Positions 35,600 to 43,527 of a stretch of DNA of 64,000 bases are shown piece by piece. The stretch is from Candidatus Babelota bacterium. Its GTDB lineage: Bacteria; Babelota; Babeliae; Babelales; JAHIUU01. The stretch is taken from positions 16,854-80,853 of the forward strand of contig JAHIUU010000003.1 in the NCBI GenBank assembly GCA_018817025.1. The letters run 5' to 3'. Each line of letters begins with the position of its first letter. The first letter of the stretch is position 1. Both the position numbers and the translations under genes were made by a program. The notes under the pieces were generated by a model that worked only from the letters and a program-made list of their open reading frames with translations, did no database searches and had not been told where the DNA came from.

Positions 35600-36259
35600 T
35601 TATTGTTGTTTAGGCAAAGCGCCAGTGTAGCATAGTTTTCCGTTTACGAGTTCAAAAACATAATCCATGCGTTCATAGACGTTTTTGTCGTGCGAGCAGA
35701 GGATAATTCCCATCTGCCAGTCTTCCCGACAAGCAAGAAGAAGATCGACGATGTTGGCAGCGTTGGTTGCGTCAAGGTTGCCTGTGGGTTCGTCTGCGAG
35801 TAGGAATTTTGGTTTGTTGAAGATGGCGCGGAGAATTGAGATGCGCTGTTGTTCTCCTCCTGAAAGTTCAAAGGGGAAGCTGTTTGCTTTGTCAGTCAGC
35901 CCGACATGCTTGAGCAGGATTTGCGCTCTGTCTTTACAGGACGCTTTCGATTTGTCTTTGATAAGTCCCATCAGCATGATGTTTTCAAGAACCGTCAGCT
36001 CATTAATCAGGTAGTGAAACTGGAAGACGAAGCCTATCGATTGGGCACCGGTTATTTTTCCTGATGTTGGGGTATCGAGTTTTCCTAGTATGTGCAGCAG
36101 TGTTGACTTGCCGCTTCCGGAGGCGCCAGTGATGGCATATGTTTTACCCTGTTCGAATGTTTCTGAAATATCTTGAATGACATGGAGTTTTTTATTTGCG
36201 GATTCGAATGTTTTATGGATGTTTTTGGCTTCGATTTTTTGGGGCACGATTTTTGACAT
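35600..36259 (-). CDS. ABC transporter ATP-binding protein, LolD/FtsE-like
   Basis: Walker A 'GASGSGKST', 'IGFVFQFHYL', 'LSGGEQQRISILRA' and 'LLADEPTGNLD'. The start is placed at the ATG at 36259. Confidence 0.8.
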   Translation of the reverse strand: MSKIVPQKIEAKNIHKTFESANKKLHVIQDISETFEQGKTYAITGASGSGKSTLLHILGKLDTPTSGKITGAQSIGFVFQFHYLINELTVLENIMLMGLIKDKSKASCKDRAQILLKHVGLTDKANSFPFELSGGEQQRISILRAIFNKPKFLLADEPTGNLDATNAANIVDLLLACREDWQMGIILCSHDKNVYERMDYVFELVNGKLCYTGALPKQQ

Positions 36260-36520
36260 GAGTCGACCTTTTTTGTAAACCATACCATTAATCCATATCG
36301 TGGGCAATTTTTCGCTGTTGGATCGCCCGTTGACGGTCTGAACCTGCTGGTTATCAGGCTATAGAAGCGGTCGTTACAAACTTTGTTGCTTTTATGAAAA
36401 CGAATCATTTAGACTAACAACTGAACCTGCGAGTTGATGTTTTGCGACTTGAAGGGGGGCTTAAAAAAGAAAAAACAATCATTTCTGCGTTCATACTACC
36501 TTGAAGGGGGGGAGATACTT

Positions 36521-38872
36521 ATGGATGAGCAAAAAAAGTTCTTGGAGGAGATACCACAGATTTTGCCTGTTATCCCAACAATTGATGTGCTTGTTTTTCC
36601 CAATATGGTTGTTCCGCTACTTGTTTTAGATGAAAAAATTATTAACGGTATTCGTGAGGCACTTGACGGAAATAAGATGGTATTGTTGTTGGCTGCAAAA
36701 TCTCAGGAAGATGGCTACCAAGGCCCGATTGGAGTTCAGGACCTCTACTCCATTGGGACGGTTGCAACGATTATGCGGGCGATGGATTTGCCAGACGGTG
36801 GGATCAAGGTGTTGACTCAGGGGGTTGTTAGAGCGAGAGTTGGCGAGATTTATCCTGATCAGGATATTCTGCGTGCAACGGTAAGCAGCATCCCATTTAA
36901 AAAAGCAAGTCAACCTCCTGAAGTTCTCGAAAGTAAGATCAGAAAAATTGCGGCGATGGGAGAGCGTGTAAGTGAGGCTGAAGGTTTTCTCGGGGCTGAC
37001 TTTCAGGCGATTCTATCGCAGATGGAGGACCCGGAAAGAATGATCACGTTCATTCTATCTCACGTTAATTTACGGGTAGACCAGGCGCAAAATTTGTTGG
37101 AAAAAGACACTTTAGATGATTTAGTCGATAGTGCACATGAATGTCTTGGATCTCACTTAGAAGTTGCAAAGGTCGAGGAGCAGATTCGAACTGATACGCG
37201 AGAGCAAATCAACAAGTCGCAACGAGAATATTATCTGAGGGAACAGTTGAGGGCGATTCAGAAGGAACTTGGTGAGGAGGGCGACTCCGAGCTTGAGGCA
37301 TTCAAGAATAATATTGATAAGATGCCGCTTTCTGATGAGGCAAAGACTGAGGCGTCACGACAAATCAGACGATTAGAGCGAACGAGTCCTGACTCGTTAG
37401 AGGCGACCGTTTTGCGCAACCATCTTGAATGGTTACTTGCGATGCCGTGGGGGGTTGAGACCAAAGAAAAAATTGATATAAGAAAGGCAAAAGAGATTCT
37501 TGATAACGATCATTACGGCTTGAATTTAGTAAAAGACAGGATCCTGGATTATCTATCGGTTATGTCTTTAAAGGAAGATTGTCATGCGCCAATATTATGT
37601 CTGGCTGGTCCTCCTGGCGTTGGAAAAACATCGCTTGGTCGTTCGATAGCTCGTAGCATGGGACGAAACTTTGCACGGTTATCACTTGGTGGTGTTCATG
37701 ATGAATCAGAAATTCGGGGGCACCGTCGGACCTATGTTGGGGCGTTGCCAGGGCGATTTGTTCAGGCGATTCGTCGAGCTGGAAGCTCTAACCCCCTGAT
37801 TATGATTGACGAGATAGACAAGATTGGTGCTTCTGGGAAGGGTGATCCATCGTCGGCGTTACTCGAGGTGCTTGACCCGGAACAAAACGGTAGCTTTTAT
37901 GATAATTATTTGGGTGTGCACTTCGATCTTTCTAAAGTGATGTTTGTTGCGACAGCCAACAACTTGATGATGATCCCTGGGCCACTGCGCGACCGCATGG
38001 AAATTATACAATTGGCTGGATATACCTACGAAGAAAAGTTAGAGATTGCAAAGCGACATTTAGTTGAAAAATCTATAGATTCGTCAGGCTTGGGTGATAG
38101 GGGTGTTTCTTTTCCTGATGAAGTTATTAGCGAATTGATTCACGGTTATACTCATGAGTCAGGAGTTCGGGATTTAGAGCGACATGTGCAAAAGCTTTGT
38201 TCCAAGTATGCACGAGCACTATTGGAAGACGAAAGGAACGTCTCGTTTACGTTAGAGAATTTACCAAACTTCTTAGGCGCTCGTCTTAACCCTACAGATG
38301 AATCGAACCATGAGGATAAGATTGGCGTTACAAATGGTCTTGCGTGGACACCGGTTGGAGGAGAGGTTCTTCAGGTTGAAGCGGTGTTGATGCCGGGCTC
38401 TGGAAAGTTATTGCTGACTGGCCAGCTTGGTGATGTGATGAAAGAGTCTGCGCAGGCTGCGGTAACGTATGCCCGGGCGCATGCTGATGAGTTTGGCATT
38501 GATAGGAAAGTTTTCACGGACTATGACTTGCATATCCATCTGCCGGCAGGAGCGATTCCAAAAGATGGACCCTCTGCTGGAATAACGTTATTATCATCAA
38601 TTTTTTCGGTGTTGACCAGTCGCCCCGTCAACTGTGATTTTGCAATGACAGGAGAGCTCAACCTTCAGGGTAACGTACTTCCTATTGGTGGGTTAAAAGA
38701 GAAAATATTAGCGGCCAAGCAGTATGGGCTCAATAATATTTTGCTTCCGAAGCAGAACAAAAAAGATATGATCGATCTAGATGGTGTTGAAAAGGGACTT
38801 AAAATCCATTGGGTTGACCATGTTGACGAGGTACTCAACTTCGTGTTGCTTCCTAACGGTAAGCTTGCTTAA
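36521..38872 (+). CDS. lon: ATP-dependent Lon protease
   Basis: A strong SD sequence precedes the ATG at 36521. 'LPVIPTIDVLVFPNMVVPLLV', Walker A 'GPPGVGKTS', and the protease active-site region 'PKDGPSAGITL'. Confidence 0.95.
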   Translation: MDEQKKFLEEIPQILPVIPTIDVLVFPNMVVPLLVLDEKIINGIREALDGNKMVLLLAAKSQEDGYQGPIGVQDLYSIGTVATIMRAMDLPDGGIKVLTQGVVRARVGEIYPDQDILRATVSSIPFKKASQPPEVLESKIRKIAAMGERVSEAEGFLGADFQAILSQMEDPERMITFILSHVNLRVDQAQNLLEKDTLDDLVDSAHECLGSHLEVAKVEEQIRTDTREQINKSQREYYLREQLRAIQKELGEEGDSELEAFKNNIDKMPLSDEAKTEASRQIRRLERTSPDSLEATVLRNHLEWLLAMPWGVETKEKIDIRKAKEILDNDHYGLNLVKDRILDYLSVMSLKEDCHAPILCLAGPPGVGKTSLGRSIARSMGRNFARLSLGGVHDESEIRGHRRTYVGALPGRFVQAIRRAGSSNPLIMIDEIDKIGASGKGDPSSALLEVLDPEQNGSFYDNYLGVHFDLSKVMFVATANNLMMIPGPLRDRMEIIQLAGYTYEEKLEIAKRHLVEKSIDSSGLGDRGVSFPDEVISELIHGYTHESGVRDLERHVQKLCSKYARALLEDERNVSFTLENLPNFLGARLNPTDESNHEDKIGVTNGLAWTPVGGEVLQVEAVLMPGSGKLLLTGQLGDVMKESAQAAVTYARAHADEFGIDRKVFTDYDLHIHLPAGAIPKDGPSAGITLLSSIFSVLTSRPVNCDFAMTGELNLQGNVLPIGGLKEKILAAKQYGLNNILLPKQNKKDMIDLDGVEKGLKIHWVDHVDEVLNFVLLPNGKLA

Positions 38873-38876
38873 TTTT

Positions 38877-38924
38877 TCCTAGGGCTTCCCTTCGGGGGTT
38901 TTAAGAGCGGGTTGGGGGCTCTAG
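38877..38924. repeat. REP-like element, second copy
   Basis: TCCTAGGGCTTCCCTTCGGGGGTTTTAAGAGCGGG... aligns with 4301-4335 (TCCTAGGGCTTCCCTGCGGGGGGTTAAGGGCGGG). It starts 5 nt after the lon stop. Confidence 0.7.
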
Positions 38925-39056
38925 TTTTACAGTTGATTGGACGTTAACAAATAGCTTGTAGGTGTTAGTGCTATGGCAAAGCTTGATATGCTTGCGTAAA
39001 GTTTTGTTTTTTCCTACGGTTTCCAGTGAACAATTAAGATTGTAAGTTTTCTGGCT

Positions 39057-40112
39057 ATGGAGAGCAAGATGGCAAAAAATACAAGTAAGCAGAGCGTTGT
39101 AATGATTGGCGGTGCAACACGAGATATATATTTACAGTATCATGGAGCCGATTGCATGAGCATAACGGAGCGTGATTGCGAGCGACGGTATATGTTGTTC
39201 GAGTCGGGGGCCAAGGTTGAGGTTGAAGATGTTCTGTATTACACCGGCGGAGGGGCTACCAATTCGGCTGTTTCATTTAAGCGCTTAGGTTTTGACGTTA
39301 CCTGTTTCTGTATGATCGGTGATGATGAAGCTGGTCACGCTGTCTTACAAGATCTAACAAGCGAGGGTATTGATACGAGTAGTATTACCGTCTCCCAGAC
39401 TCATGCCTCAGGAACGTCGTTTGTTGTTAATTCACTACGCCGAGATCGGACGATTTTTGCCTATCGAGGGGCAAACGGGTTTCTGGCAGAAGAAAACATC
39501 GATTTAGATTTGATTGAGAACGCAAGTCAGCTGTACATAACTTCTCTCAGTCACGAGTCGTCGCAAATGCTCAGTACGATTGGGGCGTATGCGAAGAAGC
39601 ACAACATTCCTGTTGCGGTTAATCCAGGAATTAGCCAGCTATCGACAGGGGCTCAAGAGCTTAAGAAGTCGCTTAAATACATCGACATTCTTATTTTGAA
39701 TTGTTCAGAGGCCAAAACGTTTATGGGCGCGTTAGCCGAGCAGTCACGGGAGTCGTTATATTTTAGTGTTCCAAATTTCTTCAAAGAGGTTATGGGAATA
39801 GGGCCTCGGATTGCTGTAGTGACCGATGGAGCCCAAGGTGTCTATGTTGCGACGAATAATACCGTCTATTTTCACCCTAGCATGTCGGTTGAGGTTGTCG
39901 ATACGCTTGGCGCAGGCGACTCATTTGGCTCCTGTTTTGTTGGTTGCCTACGTCGGGGCATGGGCATTGAGGATGCTTTACGGTGTGGGATTGTTAACAG
40001 TGCTTCGGTGATTGGTCAGTTTGGTGCCAAACCGGGCCTTTTGTCGTACGACCAGCTTCAGAGGCGAGTTAAAAATATAAAGCCGGGCCTATTACAAAAA
40101 AACTTGCTGTGA
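39057..40112 (+). CDS. PfkB-family carbohydrate/nucleoside kinase (ribokinase-like)
   Basis: 'GGGATNSAVSFKRLG' and the C-terminal PfkB signature 'DTLGAGDSFGSCFVGCL'. Confidence 0.8.
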   Translation: MESKMAKNTSKQSVVMIGGATRDIYLQYHGADCMSITERDCERRYMLFESGAKVEVEDVLYYTGGGATNSAVSFKRLGFDVTCFCMIGDDEAGHAVLQDLTSEGIDTSSITVSQTHASGTSFVVNSLRRDRTIFAYRGANGFLAEENIDLDLIENASQLYITSLSHESSQMLSTIGAYAKKHNIPVAVNPGISQLSTGAQELKKSLKYIDILILNCSEAKTFMGALAEQSRESLYFSVPNFFKEVMGIGPRIAVVTDGAQGVYVATNNTVYFHPSMSVEVVDTLGAGDSFGSCFVGCLRRGMGIEDALRCGIVNSASVIGQFGAKPGLLSYDQLQRRVKNIKPGLLQKNLL

Positions 40113-40447
40113 GGCGAGTCTGTCTTGTGATTAGTTGTGACAAGCTGCGTATTTGTCAGTTGAGTCGACGGGGAGATTTTTTTATTGGCGAGTTTTGCCG
40201 GGAACTCCCCCTAGGGGCGCTTGATGTTTGTGAGGGAGTTGTGTATAACTTCTCAAACTTATATCGCTTAATTGTGAACTTTTTGGATGAGCATCGATTG
40301 CATGGAGTGAGGGCGATTGTTTGTTGCCCGTATCTTGCTTCTTCTATGGGCTTGAAGCGTAAGTTTGCTCTATTTCAGATTTCGTTATGTGTGAGCAAGA
40401 CTGGCCTAAGAATCGACAAATTACTTGATGAGGACTTACTTTCGTGA
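40109..40447 (+). CDS. Hypothetical; short PilM/GspL-N-terminal-like fragment (tentative)
   Basis: 112 aa, with GTGA overlaps at both ends. The N-terminal pattern loosely resembles the first subdomain of PilM. It is far shorter than a PilM (~350 aa). Confidence 0.25.
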   Translation: MRRVCLVISCDKLRICQLSRRGDFFIGEFCRELPLGALDVCEGVVYNFSNLYRLIVNFLDEHRLHGVRAIVCCPYLASSMGLKRKFALFQISLCVSKTGLRIDKLLDEDLLS

Positions 40448-40947
40448 AGCCGGTTTTTCACAAGCGTGATTTGCAAAACAAGCTCGATTTTTTTTCGCTA
40501 TTTCGTATTCGAGGGCGCCAGCGACTGATTTCTTGGGCTGGAATTTCTGCCGGTGCTATCACTATAGTTTTTCTTGTTCTTTTTATAATCTCTTGGATTG
40601 CTTCGAATCGATATATTTACCTACACCAGCAGGAGTTTTGTTTAAACGAGAAAGTTTTATTGCTGCAGCAACAAGTAAAACAAGCCAACCCATCTTTGAT
40701 CAAGCTACTACGTGTTATCTCTGACGCTATATCGCCAGAAACGTATCTAGACTCTATTCTTTGCGACAATAACTCGATTGAGATTCGTGGTGGGGCCCGT
40801 CAGGTTGAGCATGCGGTTTTATTTTATAAAAAGATTTCTGAGGCAGGGGTGCTGGATACGTGTCAATTTAAACATATTGGGCGTGATAGTAAGCATGCCC
40901 AACATGTGTTGTTTTTTGTACGAGGCCGGCCTTGTAGGCGAAAGTGA
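40444..40947 (+). CDS. PilN/GspL-C-like bitopic membrane protein (tentative)
   Basis: A short cytoplasmic N-terminus, TM 'AGISAGAITIVFLVLFIISWI', a coiled coil, then 'YLDSILCDNNSIEIRGGARQVEHAVLFYKKI', which fits the PilN layout. Confidence 0.4.
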   Translation: MKPVFHKRDLQNKLDFFSLFRIRGRQRLISWAGISAGAITIVFLVLFIISWIASNRYIYLHQQEFCLNEKVLLLQQQVKQANPSLIKLLRVISDAISPETYLDSILCDNNSIEIRGGARQVEHAVLFYKKISEAGVLDTCQFKHIGRDSKHAQHVLFFVRGRPCRRK

Positions 40948-41209
40948 CGCAAAGGTAAGAATTTGGGTCGTTCGTTCGATGGCGATACAGGAGTCTCGTT
41001 TCGGGCCGACTGTTCAATAGCAATCCTGGCCGAACCGTTAGGTGAGCCCTGGCGATAAGCGTAGGTGCAAATTTGCCTAAGAATCAATATTTTGGTAAAG
41101 TTAGGCCTGTGTTTTGTACAAGTATAACCTAAAACCTGGCTTTTGGCCCGTATCTCTTGTCTGGGAGCGGAGTTTTTATCAAGAGTCAGCCTTTTTCTAG
41201 AGGTATTTG

Positions 41210-43027
41210 ATGATAAAGAATTCCAATAATATTGCAGTTTCGAGTGCTGAGATGCTCGAAGAGATCTATACGCTTAGCGATGAGATGCGTAGCGAGTTGA
41301 CCGGTTTGTACGATGAGATTTTCAACCAATTCAAGCTTGGGAAAGTTATATCGGGGAGAATTGTTGGCAAAGACAATTCTGGTGTTCTGGTTGATATTTC
41401 CTATAAATCAAACGGTTTGATTCCAGCATATGAGTTCTCTGATTATGAGCTGAGAAAGCTCAATATTGATGACGAAATAGAGGTTTTACTCGATCGATTA
41501 GAAGACGAAAGCGGTAATGTCGTTCTTTCATATCAAAAAGCAAAATCGTTGCGAGCATGGGACCAATTGCTTAGTCTGGCTGAAAAAGATGAGCCTGTTC
41601 GAGGTGTTGTCATTCACAAGGTTAAGGGTGGTTTGAGCGTTGATATCGGGGTTCCAGCATTCCTTCCTGGGTCTCAAGTCGACATGCAGCGGGTAACCGA
41701 TTTCGATCAATTTGTTGGTCAAGAGATTATTTGTAAAATTCTCAAGGTAAACAAGAAGCGCGGTAACGTTATCGTTTCCCGTCGCCGATATCTTGAAGAT
41801 CAACGTTCGGAAGACAAGAAAAAAGCGCTCGAGACTCTCGCAGAGGATCAAGTGCTTCAGGGTATTGTCAAAAACATCACCAATTACGGTGTCTTTGTCG
41901 ATGTTGGTGGTATCGACGGTCTTCTTCATATTACTGATATGTCGTGGAGACGAATTTCTCATCCAAGTGAGCTTGTCAGGATTGGCGATACGATTACCGT
42001 AAAAGTCATCTCTTTTGATAAGAAGCACGAAAAGATCTCTCTTGGGATGAAGCAGCTTGAAGAGAATCCTTGGGAGAAAGTTGAAGAGCGTTATAAAGTT
42101 GGCGCGACGCTCAAGGGTAAGATTTCAAGTATTACCGATTATGGACTTTTTGTTGAAGTTGATCGGGGCGTTGAAGGCCTGGTCCATATTTCCGAAGTGT
42201 CCTGGACTGAACGAATCAATAACTTGTCGAAGCACTACGCTGTTGGTCAGGAAGTCGAGGTTGCTATCGTTGCGCTTGATAAGAACAACAGACGTATGTC
42301 GCTGAGTATCAAGAGGTTGCAGGAAGATCCTTGGAAAGTGGTTGCTGAGCGGTTTAAGGTTGGTGATACGTTTTCTGGACCTATCACAAATATCACAGAC
42401 TTCGGTATTTTTGTTCAGCTGTATGAAGGTGTTGATGGTTTGGTTCACATATCAGATATTTCGTGGACTGAGCATATTGTGCATCCTGCTGATCGATACA
42501 AAAAGGGTGATATTGTTGAGGTAACGATCTTGTCGATCGATCCAGAAAACAAGAAGATTTCGCTTGGAGTTAAGCAACTTGAGACCGATCCATGGGAAAA
42601 TATCGATGCCGAATATCCTATTGGTAAGGTTGTCGAAGGAACCGTTTCAAAGGTTACAAACTTTGGGGCATTTGTTAAGTTGCGAAGCGGAATCGAAGGA
42701 CTGGTCCATGTTTCAGAGCTGTCTGACAAAGAAGTAGAAAAAGTTGATGAGATCGTCAAAGTTGGTCAGACAATGCAGTTTAAAGTTATCAAGTCGAACA
42801 GAGAAGAGCGAAAATTAGGTTTAAGCTTGAAGGCGCTTAGAGAAAAATCGGGTGAAACTTTTGTCCGACAGACTCCAGCGTCAAGATCTGCTTCACAGGA
42901 GAAGCCATCCGGAAGAAGATCTGAATCACGAACTACAACAACAAGCAAAACTCCTACGAAGACGATCATGCAGCAGGCATTTGAGGAGCTCACTCGACGA
43001 CAAAACGATGACGACGAAGAAAAATAG
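41210..43027 (+). CDS. rpsA: 30S ribosomal protein S1
   Basis: Six S1 repeats, for example 'GIVKNITNYGVFVDVGGIDGLLHITDMSW' and 'GTVSKVTNFGAFVKLRSGIEGLVHVSEL'. Confidence 0.95.
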   Translation: MIKNSNNIAVSSAEMLEEIYTLSDEMRSELTGLYDEIFNQFKLGKVISGRIVGKDNSGVLVDISYKSNGLIPAYEFSDYELRKLNIDDEIEVLLDRLEDESGNVVLSYQKAKSLRAWDQLLSLAEKDEPVRGVVIHKVKGGLSVDIGVPAFLPGSQVDMQRVTDFDQFVGQEIICKILKVNKKRGNVIVSRRRYLEDQRSEDKKKALETLAEDQVLQGIVKNITNYGVFVDVGGIDGLLHITDMSWRRISHPSELVRIGDTITVKVISFDKKHEKISLGMKQLEENPWEKVEERYKVGATLKGKISSITDYGLFVEVDRGVEGLVHISEVSWTERINNLSKHYAVGQEVEVAIVALDKNNRRMSLSIKRLQEDPWKVVAERFKVGDTFSGPITNITDFGIFVQLYEGVDGLVHISDISWTEHIVHPADRYKKGDIVEVTILSIDPENKKISLGVKQLETDPWENIDAEYPIGKVVEGTVSKVTNFGAFVKLRSGIEGLVHVSELSDKEVEKVDEIVKVGQTMQFKVIKSNREERKLGLSLKALREKSGETFVRQTPASRSASQEKPSGRRSESRTTTTSKTPTKTIMQQAFEELTRRQNDDDEEK

Positions 43028-43035
43028 GAAGATCT

Positions 43036-43446
43036 ATGGAAGAAAGAACATATGGGATGATCAAGCCCGGCGCGATCAAAGCTGGTTGTACAGGCGAGAT
43101 TATTAGTCGAATTGAGAAGGATGGCTTTTCGATTGTTGCCATGAAAAAGTTGCATATGACTAAAGAGTTGGCAGAGCTTTTTTATGAGGTCCATAGACAG
43201 AGACCATTTTTTGGCGAGCTTGTTGAATCGATTTCAGCAGGGCCGGTTGTTGCGTTGGTGCTTGAAAAAGATGGCGCGATTGTGGCTTGGCGAGAGTTGA
43301 TGGGAGCGACCAACCCAGCACAAGCAGCTGAGGGTACGTTGCGTAAGCTTTATGGTACGAGCATTGGTGAAAATGCGGTGCATGGTTCAGATGCGCCTGA
43401 CACCGCTCGGACAGAGATAGAGCTTATTTTTCCTGAATTGGGGTAG
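43036..43446 (+). CDS. ndk: Nucleoside diphosphate kinase
   Basis: 'ERTYGMIKPGA', 'RPFFGELV' and 'NAVHGSDAPDTA' (active-site His). Confidence 0.95.
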   Translation: MEERTYGMIKPGAIKAGCTGEIISRIEKDGFSIVAMKKLHMTKELAELFYEVHRQRPFFGELVESISAGPVVALVLEKDGAIVAWRELMGATNPAQAAEGTLRKLYGTSIGENAVHGSDAPDTARTEIELIFPELG

Positions 43447-43455
43447 CTAAAAGAA

Positions 43456-43505
43456 CGTCGCCGCCGACATTGTAATTGAAGTGTCGGCGGCGACGGTTTT
43501 GTTTT
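43456..43505 (+). terminator. Rho-independent terminator after rpsA-ndk
   Basis: A 14-bp perfect GC-rich stem, CGTCGCCGCCGACA / TGTCGGCGGCGACG, with a 12-nt loop, followed by GTTTTGTTTT. Confidence 0.85.
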
Positions 43506-43527
43506 AAATAGATATTTTGGGGTTATC

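Noticed and set aside
36434-36520. The upstream extension of lon (track ORF start at 36434, 'MMFCDLKGGLKKKKQSF...').
   Set aside because: The extension is unconserved-looking and Lys-rich. The ATG at 36521 has a very strong SD, and Lon homology ('LPVIPT..VLVFP') begins right after it.
40195-40225. 'GGAACTCCCCCTAGGGGCGCT' inside ORF112 resembles the REP flank core (GGAGCCCCCTAGGGCGAC).
   Set aside because: The match is only about 12-14 nt around a CCCTAGGG palindrome, lies within a coding frame, and lacks the rest of the REP architecture. That is too little to call a REP insertion without genome-wide copy statistics.
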